This document shows positions 18,987-27,623 of a stretch of 64,000 nt of DNA, piece by piece. Below the pieces are notes generated by a model. It made no database searches. It was not told where the DNA came from and saw only the letters and a list, made by a program, of their open reading frames with translations. Each line of letters starts with the position of its first letter. The stretch's first letter is position 1. The translations under genes and the position numbers were made by a program. The stretch is from Pirellulaceae bacterium (GTDB lineage: Bacteria > Planctomycetota > Planctomycetia > Pirellulales > Pirellulaceae), in the NCBI GenBank assembly GCA_035513655.1, contig DATKBV010000479.1:1643-65642 (forward strand), in the 5' to 3' direction.

Positions 18987-19247
18987 ATGACACCCGCCGA
19001 CATTCGCGAAGAAATCCTCGACATCCTGGAAGACATCGCCCCCGATGAAGACCTGGGCGACTTGAAGGACGAAGTCGCTTTTCGTGAGCAGCTTGAACTC
19101 GACAGCATGGACTTCCTCGACATCGTCATGGAGCTTCGCAAGCGTCATCGCGTGCAAGTGCCCGAAGAAGACTATGGGCAACTCGCCAGCATGCACAGCA
19201 CGGTGACTTACTTGACACCGTTGATGAAGGATCTGCAAAAAGCGTAA
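18987..19247 (+). CDS. acyl carrier protein
   Basis: The product is 86 aa and acidic. LELDSMDFLDIVMEL contains the phosphopantetheine-Ser motif (DSM for DSL). Confidence 0.85.
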   Translation: MTPADIREEILDILEDIAPDEDLGDLKDEVAFREQLELDSMDFLDIVMELRKRHRVQVPEEDYGQLASMHSTVTYLTPLMKDLQKA

Positions 19248-19259
19248 CGAGAGAAGAAC

Positions 19260-19322
19260 GTGGCGAGTGACTAGTGGCGAGTGGCTAGTGATTCGCCACT
19301 CGACACCCGCCACTCGACGCTC
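19260..19322. repeat. heptamer-phased hairpin between ACP and the first flavoenzyme gene
   Basis: gtggcga gtgacta gtggcga gtggcta gtgattc gccactc gacaccc gccactc gacgctc. cgagtggc pairs with gccactcg. Confidence 0.75.
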
Positions 19323-19327
19323 GTTTT

Positions 19328-20716
19328 ATGTACGACACGATCATCATTGGGGCGGGCATGTCGGGCTTGGCCGCGGGCATTCGGCTGGCGCATTTCAATC
19401 AGCGCGTTTGCATTCTCGAACGCCACTATACGATTGGCGGACTGAACTCCTTTTATCGGTTGGGTGGCCGCGACTACGACGTGGGACTGCACGCCGTCAC
19501 GAACTTTACGCCCAAGGGGGCCAAGAAGGGCCCGCTCGCTCGGCTCTTGCGTCAGCTGCGCTTCAAGTGGGAAGACTTTGCCCTCGCGCCGCAGGTCGGT
19601 TCGACGATCGCCTTCCCCGATGTGCAGCTTCATTTTGGCAATGGGCTGGAGTTGCTCGAAGCCGAGATCGCGGCCAAGTTCCCGGCGCAGAAGGACGCGT
19701 TTCAAAAGCTGCTTACCCAGATCATCGACTACGACGATCTGGACGAAGGCAACTTCGGCGGCTCGACCCGCGCGGTCCTCGCCGAGACGATCAGCGACCC
19801 GCTGTTGATCGAAATGCTGCTCTGCCCGCTGATGTGGTACGGCAACGCCCGCGAGCATGACATGGACTTCGGGCAATTCTGCATCATGTTCCGCAGCATC
19901 TTTATGGAAGGCTTTGCGCGGCCGTTCGCCGGCGTGCGGGTGATTTTAAAGAACCTCGTTCGACGTTTTCGCTCGCTGGGAGGTGAATTGAAATTGCGGA
20001 GCGGCGTGGAGCGGATCAAGGTTAAAGATGGCCGAGCGGTCGGGGTTGTCCTCGATAGCGGTGAAGAACTCGAAGGACGGCACATCCTTTCATCGGCGGG
20101 GCTTGTCGAGACAATTCGACTGTGCGAGGACATCACGGAAGTTGACGAGCAGCGAGCGGGACAGATGTCCTTCACCGAGTCGATCTCGATCCTTGACAAG
20201 CAACCCAAGCAACTCGGCTTCGACCGCACGATCGTCTTTTACAACGATTCGGAGACCTTTCATTGGCAGAAACCGAAAGATGCCTTGTGCGACATGCGCA
20301 CCGGTGTCATCTGCTCGCCTAACAATTACAGGTACGACGAGTCGGACGGCGAGTTGCCGGATGGTGTGATCCGCATCACCTCGATCGCCGACAGCGGCCG
20401 CTGGATGGCTCTTCCCGAAGACGAATACAAACTTGAAAAGCTGCGTTGGTACGATCGCACGATTGCGTCCGCCGTGCGCTTCATTCCCGACTTCCGCGGC
20501 CACGTGATCGATACCGACATGTTTACTCCCAACACGATCCGCCGCTTCACCTGGCACGACAACGGGGCCGTCTACGGAGCCCCGGAAAAACGGCTGGACG
20601 GCACGACGCATTTGCCGAACTTGTTTCTGTGTGGTACGGATCAGGGCTTTGTGGGTATCATAGGTTCGATCGTCAGTGGCATTTCGATAGCGAACCAACA
20701 CTGTCTTCGCGATTAA
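19328..20716 (+). CDS. NAD(P)/FAD-dependent oxidoreductase, phytoene desaturase (CrtI)-like family, copy 1
   Basis: YDTIIIGAGMSGLAAGIRLA ... ILERHYTIGGL is a dinucleotide-binding N-terminus. The product is 462 aa and the C-terminus GTDQGFVGIIGSIVSGI is typical of the family. Confidence 0.8.
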   Translation: MYDTIIIGAGMSGLAAGIRLAHFNQRVCILERHYTIGGLNSFYRLGGRDYDVGLHAVTNFTPKGAKKGPLARLLRQLRFKWEDFALAPQVGSTIAFPDVQLHFGNGLELLEAEIAAKFPAQKDAFQKLLTQIIDYDDLDEGNFGGSTRAVLAETISDPLLIEMLLCPLMWYGNAREHDMDFGQFCIMFRSIFMEGFARPFAGVRVILKNLVRRFRSLGGELKLRSGVERIKVKDGRAVGVVLDSGEELEGRHILSSAGLVETIRLCEDITEVDEQRAGQMSFTESISILDKQPKQLGFDRTIVFYNDSETFHWQKPKDALCDMRTGVICSPNNYRYDESDGELPDGVIRITSIADSGRWMALPEDEYKLEKLRWYDRTIASAVRFIPDFRGHVIDTDMFTPNTIRRFTWHDNGAVYGAPEKRLDGTTHLPNLFLCGTDQGFVGIIGSIVSGISIANQHCLRD

Positions 20717-20733
20717 TCTGTTCGTGGGATTAA

Positions 20734-21315
20734 ATGATGAGCGTTCCTTCTCAGCAAACAACCTTCACACCAGAAGACCTGCTCCACATGCCGGATGGGC
20801 AATCTTATGAGCTGGTCAATGGGCAGCTCGTGGAGAAGAACGTGGGATTCAAATCGGCCAGAATCGGTATCAAAATTGCAGCATCGCTGAGTGACCACGC
20901 CGAGAAGAACCGTTTGGGGTGGGTTAACGGTGCGGACGCGGGCTACCAGTGCTTTCCGGACGATCCGTCGAAGGTTCGCAAGCCGGATGTTTCGTTCATT
21001 CGTGCCGGACGACTCGCTGCTTCAGACGAGCCGTCAGGACACTGTAGGCTCGCGCCCGATTTAGCCGTTGAAGTCGTATCGCCAAATGACGAATTCAGCC
21101 TAGTTTCAACAAAGGTACATGAGTATCTTGATGCCGCCGTCCAGTTGGTGTGGGTTGTTGACCCGGTCGGCGAAGAGGTGCTGGTGTACCGTCAAGATGG
21201 CACCCGCGCTTTTTTGACTGGCAAGGACTACCTTGATGGCGAGAATGTCGTTCCAGGGTATCGTTGCTCGGTCGCCGATTTATTCAAGCCGCCAGCGGGA
21301 GTCGAACCCGAGTGA
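20734..21315 (+). CDS. Uma2 (DUF820) family restriction-endonuclease-like protein, copy 1
   Basis: YELVNGQLVEK, KPDVSFI and APDLAVEVVSPND form a PD-(D/E)xK-like core characteristic of Uma2. Confidence 0.85.
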   Translation: MMSVPSQQTTFTPEDLLHMPDGQSYELVNGQLVEKNVGFKSARIGIKIAASLSDHAEKNRLGWVNGADAGYQCFPDDPSKVRKPDVSFIRAGRLAASDEPSGHCRLAPDLAVEVVSPNDEFSLVSTKVHEYLDAAVQLVWVVDPVGEEVLVYRQDGTRAFLTGKDYLDGENVVPGYRCSVADLFKPPAGVEPE

Positions 21316-22952
21316 ACGACGCTAGTTGGAGGTCTCGGCCGAGCTTTCACGGCGCATTCGCTCTGATTGTGGCGGCACGTGTGCTGTTCGCCTGCGTACT
21401 GCCTGAGGCCGCCTGCGCGGATCAAGCGCTCGATGCGATTCGTCAGCGCGGCACGCTGATTTGGGGCGCGGATCAGGAAGGGGGCGGGCCTTTCGTTTAT
21501 CCCAGGCCGGACGACCCATCACAGCTGACGGGATTCGAAGTCGAACTCGCCGAACTGATCGCCTCGCATCTTGGCGTGAAGGCTCAGTTTGCTCAGGGAC
21601 AGTGGGACAAGCTGCCCGATGTCATGGATCGCGGCGATATCGATATCGTGCTCAACGGATACGAATGGACACCCAATCGCGCGCAGCGGTACGGGCTGTC
21701 CATTCCTTACTACATCTACGAATTGCAATTACTGGGACGCGTAGGTGATGAAAGTTTGATCTCGTGGGATGACTTGCTGAAGCCGATCGACGGACGGCGG
21801 CGGAAGGTGTCCGTGTTGGGCGGCACGGCCGCTCAAGATTACATCGAGCAGCTCGGCGAGGGTAAGATCGACCTGGCGTTGTTCGAAGGAGCGACCGATG
21901 CGATGGAAGCCACCGAGCTTGGGCTCAGCGGTGTCGATGCCAACATGCAGGATCTGCCGGTCTGGACGTTCTACTCGCACGGGTTTCCCCGGCTGCGTCC
22001 CATCGGCGGGCCAGTCGGCCGCGGATACTACGTGGCACTTACGCGCCAAGCCGACACCGATCTGCTGAAGGCCGTCAACGAAGCCATTCTCAAAGCGTTG
22101 CAGGACGGCAGTCTCCGCCGGATTCTCGCTCGATATCGCATGTGGAATGAAACTCAAATGATGCGCGGGATCGAGACGAACGCATCTGGAGGTTTCGTGG
22201 GCAGTTCCATTTCCGGTGCCGAAGTCAATAACCAGCCTGCGGACGGCCCGACAAGCCGGTTTGAACAGTCGTCCGGCTGGCAAGTGATCTGGCAACGCGG
22301 TGGGTTGCTGATTGATGCCGCGGGAATGACGGTCCTACTGTCGGTGACGGCCATGCCGCTGGCCGTGCTGATCGGGTTGATGATCGCGCTGTCCCGGCTG
22401 TATGGTCCGGGCTGGTTGCGAATTCCGGCCGCCTGCTATGTGGAACTGGTACGCGGCACGCCGCTGGTCTTGCAGTTGTATCTGATCTACTTTCTGTTGC
22501 CCAAACTTCTGGACACGATGTTCCCAGGTGCGGGGTTGACCATCAATGCCTTCACGGCCGCCGTGATGGGACTGGCGATTAACTATTCCGCCTACGAAGC
22601 GGAAATCTATCGGGGTGGAATTCAGTCGATTCCCAAAGGCCAGATGGAAGCCGCGATCTCGCTGGGCATGTCGAAATCCCTGGCATTGCGGCGAGTGATC
22701 GTGCCTCAGGCAACGCGCCTCGTGCTGCCGCCGATGACGAACGATTTCATCGCCCTGTTCAAAGACACCGCCGTCTGTTCCGTCATCACCGTCGTCGAAC
22801 TGTCCAAGATGTACTATATCCAGGCGCGCAGCGCCGGAGCCATCGTGGAACTGGGACTGCTGACCGGATTGCTGTACCTGGCGATGAGCTATCCGCTATC
22901 GATTGTCACCAACCGACTGGAAAAGAATCTCAGCCAGGAGCGGCGGTCGTGA
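21312..22952 (+). CDS. amino-acid ABC transporter, fused periplasmic substrate-binding and permease protein
   Basis: GTG 21312 overlaps the Uma2 stop (GTGA) and starts a signal-like segment FALIVAARVLFACVLPEAACA. An SBP_bac_3-like domain (LIWGADQEGGGPFVY) is followed by a polar-amino-acid permease with the EAA-type loop AAISLGMSKSLALRRVIVPQA. Confidence 0.85.
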   Translation: MNDASWRSRPSFHGAFALIVAARVLFACVLPEAACADQALDAIRQRGTLIWGADQEGGGPFVYPRPDDPSQLTGFEVELAELIASHLGVKAQFAQGQWDKLPDVMDRGDIDIVLNGYEWTPNRAQRYGLSIPYYIYELQLLGRVGDESLISWDDLLKPIDGRRRKVSVLGGTAAQDYIEQLGEGKIDLALFEGATDAMEATELGLSGVDANMQDLPVWTFYSHGFPRLRPIGGPVGRGYYVALTRQADTDLLKAVNEAILKALQDGSLRRILARYRMWNETQMMRGIETNASGGFVGSSISGAEVNNQPADGPTSRFEQSSGWQVIWQRGGLLIDAAGMTVLLSVTAMPLAVLIGLMIALSRLYGPGWLRIPAACYVELVRGTPLVLQLYLIYFLLPKLLDTMFPGAGLTINAFTAAVMGLAINYSAYEAEIYRGGIQSIPKGQMEAAISLGMSKSLALRRVIVPQATRLVLPPMTNDFIALFKDTAVCSVITVVELSKMYYIQARSAGAIVELGLLTGLLYLAMSYPLSIVTNRLEKNLSQERRS

Positions 22953-23692
22953 TTGAACTCACCGGGATCGTGAAACGCTATCAGGAGCACGAAGTGCTGC
23001 GCGGCGTCAGTCTGCGTGTGGCGGATGGCGAAGTGTGCGTGTTGCTGGGCCCTTCGGGCGGCGGCAAGAGTACGTTGCTGCGCACGATCAATGGCCTGGA
23101 GACGTTCGACAGCGGCACGATCCGAGTTGGTGATGTCGTCCTGCAGGCGACTCCCGGTCCCGAACGCGACAAGGCTTTGGCCATCATTCGGCAGCGCGTG
23201 GGCATGGTGTTTCAGCAGTTCAATTTGTTTCCCCATCGCACGGTGCTGCAAAACGTCACCGAAGCTCCGATTCATGTGCTGAAGCAGCCTCCTGACGTTG
23301 CCGTGGCGACGGCTCGACGATTGTTGGAACGCGTCGGCATGCTGGAAAAACAGAACGTCCGTCCCGGTTCCCTCTCGGGCGGCCAGCAACAGCGCGTGGC
23401 GATCGCCAGAACGCTGGCCATGAGTCCGGAAGCGATTCTGTTTGACGAACCCACAAGCGCACTCGACCCGCGCACAACGGCGGAAGTGATCAGCGTGATG
23501 ACGGATCTAGCCGCGGCTGGTCAGCGAATGATTATCGTGACGCACGCGATGTCCTTCGCTCGCACCGTCGCACATCAAGTCCACATCCTGCACGCTGGCA
23601 CGATCGCCGAATCCGGCCCGCCCCAACAGATTTTCGAAGATCCTCAAACGGACATTACCCGCAGCTTTCTGTCGGAGGCGGCGATCGCCTGA
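22949..23692 (+). CDS. amino-acid ABC transporter ATP-binding protein
   Basis: Walker A is GPSGGGKST, the signature is LSGGQQQRVAIAR and Walker B is ILFDEPTSALD. The start overlaps the upstream stop (GTGA). Confidence 0.92.
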   Translation: MIELTGIVKRYQEHEVLRGVSLRVADGEVCVLLGPSGGGKSTLLRTINGLETFDSGTIRVGDVVLQATPGPERDKALAIIRQRVGMVFQQFNLFPHRTVLQNVTEAPIHVLKQPPDVAVATARRLLERVGMLEKQNVRPGSLSGGQQQRVAIARTLAMSPEAILFDEPTSALDPRTTAEVISVMTDLAAAGQRMIIVTHAMSFARTVAHQVHILHAGTIAESGPPQQIFEDPQTDITRSFLSEAAIA

Positions 23693-23834
23693 TGGCGGGC
23701 GGGAGAATCTCCCGGTCAGCTCGGCGGCGGCCTGGGAGTCGTAAAGTTTGGCGACGAAAGGCTTTGTTGGTATCATAACTCCCATCGTCAGCGGCGTTTC
23801 GATCGCCCATCAAAAGTACCTGCGAGATTGACAC

Positions 23835-24395
23835 ATGAGCGTTCCTTCGCAACAAACCACCTACACACCAGACGACCTGCTCCACATGCCAGATGGCAAG
23901 TCGTATGAATTGGTAAATGGGCAGCTCGTGGAGAAAGACATGGGATATCGATCGAGTCGTATTGGCGGGCGTCTCTACCGATTGTTGGATGTGCATTGCG
24001 AGGCTTACGAATTGGGGTGGGTAGCGCCGGCTGATGCGAGCTTTCAATGCTTTTCCGATGAACCGACTAGAGTGCGAAGGCCCGACGTTTCTTACATCGC
24101 CGCGGAACGGCTGACTGCCGATGAAGAACCCGAGGGCCACTGTAAGCTCGCACCGGACTTGGCGGTCGAAGTCGTTTCGCCGAATGACTTGTTCGAAGAC
24201 GTCTCGCGAAAGGTCAACGAGTACCTCGCCGCTGGTGTACGTTTGGTCTGGGTGGTCGACCCGAAAGCAGAACGTGTCTTTGTGTACCGCCACGACGAAA
24301 GTGCCACCATCCTCACTAACAAAGACTCGCTCGATGGCGAAGACGTGGTTCCTGGATTTAAGTGTGCGATCGCTGATTTGTTCAAACGCAAGTGA
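23835..24395 (+). CDS. Uma2 (DUF820) family protein, copy 2
   Basis: This is a paralog of 20734..21315: MSVPSQQTTYTPDDLLHMPDGKSYELVNGQLVEK ... APDLAVEVVSPND. Confidence 0.85.
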   Translation: MSVPSQQTTYTPDDLLHMPDGKSYELVNGQLVEKDMGYRSSRIGGRLYRLLDVHCEAYELGWVAPADASFQCFSDEPTRVRRPDVSYIAAERLTADEEPEGHCKLAPDLAVEVVSPNDLFEDVSRKVNEYLAAGVRLVWVVDPKAERVFVYRHDESATILTNKDSLDGEDVVPGFKCAIADLFKRK

Positions 24396-24438
24396 ATTCG
24401 ACAACAAGTGAATTCGTCGCCAGTCTTTCTCATTTACG

Positions 24439-25911
24439 ATGGTCGCGTTAAGCTTGTCGATTCTCGACAAAGCTTCTAGGCTGCGACTCATGCCACGCGA
24501 TTTCCTCAAGGGTGCGAAAGACGAATATGACGTGATTGTCATTGGCAGCGGTCTGGCGGGGCTGACGGTGGCGAATGTGTTGGGGCGGGCTGGGTATTCC
24601 GTGCTGTTGCTTGAACAACACTATAAGCTCGGCGGCATGGCGACCTGGTTCAAACGGCCGGGCGGGCATATCTTTGATGTTTCGCTGCACGGGTTTCCCT
24701 ACGGGATGATCAAGAGCTGCCGGCGGTATTGGTCGCAGGAGATTGCCGATTCGATTGTCCAGCTCAAGGGGATTCGGTTCGAAAACCCCATGTTCTCGCT
24801 GACGACGACCTACAACCGCGAGGATTTTACGAAGCTGCTGACGACGCAGTTCAAAGTCGCACCCGAAACGGTCGCGGAGTTCTTCGATGCGGCTCGCGGC
24901 ATGAATTTCTATGATGACCAGTCGATGACGACTGGCGAGTTGTTTAACAAGTTCTTTCCTGGCCGGGAGGATGTGCATCGATTGCTGATGGAACCGATCG
25001 TCTATGCCAATGGCTCGACGTTGGAAGATCCGGCGATCACGTACGGGATTGTCTTTTCGAATTTCATGTCGAAAGGCGTTTACACGTTCGAGGGCGGCAC
25101 CGATCTGCTGATCCAGCTGATGGAGAAGGAACTGAAGAGGAACGGCGTCGACATCCGAATTCGCTGTGATGTCGAGAAGATCCATGTCGCGCAGGGCCGC
25201 GTTCAAGGCGTTTCGGTGAATGGTCGAACGATTAAAGCCAAATCGGTCATTTCCAATGCGAATCTCAACGCCACGATCTTTCGTTTGCTCGGTGAAGAGA
25301 CGCTCGACAAGCAGTTCGTGGAAGCGGCCCGCGCCGTACGGCTAAACAATTCCAGTACGCAGGTTTACATGGCATTGAACCCGGGCGAGACCATCGACGA
25401 ATCGATGGGGGACCTGTTCTTCACGTCGACCGCCAAGGAATTCAAGACCGAACTGCTGCTAAGCCGCGACGTGACAAGCAGAACCTATTCCATCTATTAC
25501 CCGCGGACTCGCCCCGCGGGCCGGCCGCGAACGCTGATCGTGTCGAGCACGAACGCACACTACGACGACTGGGCGAAATTGTCGGACGAAGAGTACGAAG
25601 CAAGCAAACACGATCTCATCGAAAAGACGCTCGATCATCTCGATCGTTACGTGCCGAATGTTCGCGAGCGGCTGGCGCATGTCGAAGCATCGACGCCGCG
25701 AACCTTCAAACACTATACGCAGCACGTCGCCGGTGCGAGCTTTGGCACGAAGTTCGAGGGGCTGGCCGTCAGCCGAGCCCTGCCTGACCAAGTCAAAGGG
25801 CTGTACCATGCGGGGAGCGTCGGCATTATCATGTCTGGCTGGTTGGGTGCCATTAACTATGGCGTGATCGTGGCCAATGATGTGGATGCTTTGTTGATGA
25901 AGAAACGATGA
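24439..25911 (+). CDS. NAD(P)/FAD-dependent oxidoreductase, CrtI-like family, copy 2 (start 24439 or ATG 24490)
   Basis: [20 protein letters not shown] ... [11 protein letters not shown] matches the family N-terminus. It shares the LE-x-HY-x-x-GG ... DV-x-LH pattern with copy 1. The product is about 470-490 aa. Confidence 0.8.
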   Translation: MVALSLSILDKASRLRLMPRDFLKGAKDEYDVIVIGSGLAGLTVANVLGRAGYSVLLLEQHYKLGGMATWFKRPGGHIFDVSLHGFPYGMIKSCRRYWSQEIADSIVQLKGIRFENPMFSLTTTYNREDFTKLLTTQFKVAPETVAEFFDAARGMNFYDDQSMTTGELFNKFFPGREDVHRLLMEPIVYANGSTLEDPAITYGIVFSNFMSKGVYTFEGGTDLLIQLMEKELKRNGVDIRIRCDVEKIHVAQGRVQGVSVNGRTIKAKSVISNANLNATIFRLLGEETLDKQFVEAARAVRLNNSSTQVYMALNPGETIDESMGDLFFTSTAKEFKTELLLSRDVTSRTYSIYYPRTRPAGRPRTLIVSSTNAHYDDWAKLSDEEYEASKHDLIEKTLDHLDRYVPNVRERLAHVEASTPRTFKHYTQHVAGASFGTKFEGLAVSRALPDQVKGLYHAGSVGIIMSGWLGAINYGVIVANDVDALLMKKR

Positions 25912-26330
25912 CAGACGAAATCTTAGACGCAATTCCCCACCGTGCGCCCATGCTGCTGGTCGATGAAGTCGCCGCGTTGGGCGAAGACACGATCTTATGT
26001 CGCAAGACGTTTCGCGCGGACGAGTTCTTCTTTCAGGGACATTACCCCGACCAGCCCATCGTGCCGGGCGTGATCTTGTGTGAAGCGGCGATGCAGTCCG
26101 GCGCGATTCTGCTTTCCAGATTTGTCGCCGATGGCAGCGGCGTTCCCGTGGCGACGCGATTGAACGACGTGAAGTTCAAGAAGATGATTCGTCCCGGCGA
26201 CACGATCGAGATGGCCGTCAAACTGAACGAGCGATTGGCGGACGCCTTCTTTCTGCAAGCGAAAGTCACTTGCGACGGAAAGGTCGCCGTACGTTTTGAC
26301 TTTGCCTGCACGATGGCTTCCGAGACTTGA
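25908..26330 (+). CDS. FabZ/FabA-like 3-hydroxyacyl-ACP dehydratase (hotdog fold)
   Basis: [13 protein letters not shown] ... [26 protein letters not shown] contains the catalytic His and Glu context. The start overlaps the upstream stop (ATGA). Confidence 0.88.
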   Translation: MTDEILDAIPHRAPMLLVDEVAALGEDTILCRKTFRADEFFFQGHYPDQPIVPGVILCEAAMQSGAILLSRFVADGSGVPVATRLNDVKFKKMIRPGDTIEMAVKLNERLADAFFLQAKVTCDGKVAVRFDFACTMASET

Positions 26331-26357
26331 AAACACCGCGGCAGGAGCAAAAACGGA

Positions 26358-27164
26358 GTGAACGACTTTCTGCAACTAACCGGCAAGACGCTCGTTGTGT
26401 TCGGCGTCGCCAACCGCAAGAGCGTTGCCTATCACATCGGCAAGACGCTCGAAGAAGCCGGTGCGAATATTGTGTACGTCGTGCGCAGTGCGGAGCGTAG
26501 GGAAAACGCGAGCAAACTGCTGCAAGATCGCGAAGTGCATGTCTGCGACGTGGAATTCCCCGAGCAGATCGAGCAACTGCGCAAAGACCTCGCTGCAAAA
26601 CACTCGACACTCCACGGCTTCGTGCATTCGATTGCGTTCGCAGAGTACGAAGGAGGCATGAAGCCGTTTCATGAGACCGGCAAATCGCAGTTCCTGCGTG
26701 CGGTCGACATTTCGTGCTACTCGCTGATCGCACTGTCGAACGCGTTCAAGGACATGCTCGATCCCGACGCGTCGATCGTTGCGATCTCGATTTCGACGAC
26801 GCGGATGGCCAGCGAGAACTACGGCTATATGGCCCCGATCAAAGCGGCGTTAGACTCGTCGCTCGCATTTCTCGCGAAATCGTTCAGCAAGTTCTCTCGC
26901 GTCCGCTTCAACGCCATAGGCCCGGGGCTCTTGAAGACGTCGGCATCTGCCGGCATTCCAGGTTACGTCGATTCGTATCTGTTTGCCGAGCAGGTTATTC
27001 CGCGCGGGCAAGCCGTCGAAACCCAAGAGGCTGCAAATGTCGCCGCGTTCTTACTCAGCCCCCGATCGTCCGGCATCACCGCTCAGACGCTGGTGATCGA
27101 CGCGGGAATGTCAATTAACTACTTCGATGCGGACGTCGTCCGCCGTGCGGCGAATGCCGAGTAG
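26358..27164 (+). CDS. enoyl-ACP reductase FabI-like SDR
   Basis: [28 protein letters not shown] is a FabI-type N-terminus. YGYMAPIK fits Y-x6-K. The product is 268 aa. Confidence 0.8.
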   Translation: MNDFLQLTGKTLVVFGVANRKSVAYHIGKTLEEAGANIVYVVRSAERRENASKLLQDREVHVCDVEFPEQIEQLRKDLAAKHSTLHGFVHSIAFAEYEGGMKPFHETGKSQFLRAVDISCYSLIALSNAFKDMLDPDASIVAISISTTRMASENYGYMAPIKAALDSSLAFLAKSFSKFSRVRFNAIGPGLLKTSASAGIPGYVDSYLFAEQVIPRGQAVETQEAANVAAFLLSPRSSGITAQTLVIDAGMSINYFDADVVRRAANAE

Positions 27165-27206
27165 CTGCGTCGCGCGACGATGAGGTCCGCGGTCAGTGTT
27201 TTAATT

Positions 27207-27413
27207 CTGGTTCCCAGGCTCCCGCCTGGGAACCCACTGTGCCCTGCAGGCTCCTGCCTGCCACTCGGGCACTAACGAGGCAGAGAACCTGACATCGCTT
27301 GTCCGATGTGTGAGCCGTCGGCTCACATGTTACCGCTCACAATCGGACACTAAGTTCTCTGGAGGCAGAGCCTCGCGGACAGCTCGTTCCCAGGCGGGAG
27401 CCTGGGAACGAGA
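27207..27413. repeat. composite palindromic element (inverted TTCCCAGG..CCTGGGAA hairpin modules around a central hairpin)
   Basis: ggttcccaggctcccgcctgggaacc (27209-27234) and cgttcccaggcgggagcctgggaacg (27386-27411) are inverted copies. The centre, gtccgat..atgtgtgagccgtcggctcacatgt..atcggac, is itself palindromic. Confidence 0.85.
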
Positions 27414-27623
27414 AGCAAAATTTGCCGACGGGAGCGTAGAAAACCAGGAAATTACAAGGAAATCGCCCCGATCACGCTCCGTTGACGGGTTCCTGCGAAT
27501 CGGCACCAACTTAGTGATTGTTGCATTATCAAGCATTGATGTGTTAACCTAGTACTCGCCTACCGTTAATAATCACGCCGTTCCATGGACGCAGTAACTC
27601 CTGTTACTTGAGGGAACCCCCAC

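Noticed and set aside
16530-27164. A ladderane-type or carotenoid pathway assignment for the KAS/ACP/CrtI-like cluster.
   Set aside because: The superficial resemblance (FabF, ACP, FabZ and phytoene-desaturase-like genes together) is not evidence. There are no radical-SAM genes, no phytoene or squalene synthase, and the gene content is otherwise that of a non-anammox planctomycete. It is kept only as an orphan lipid cluster.
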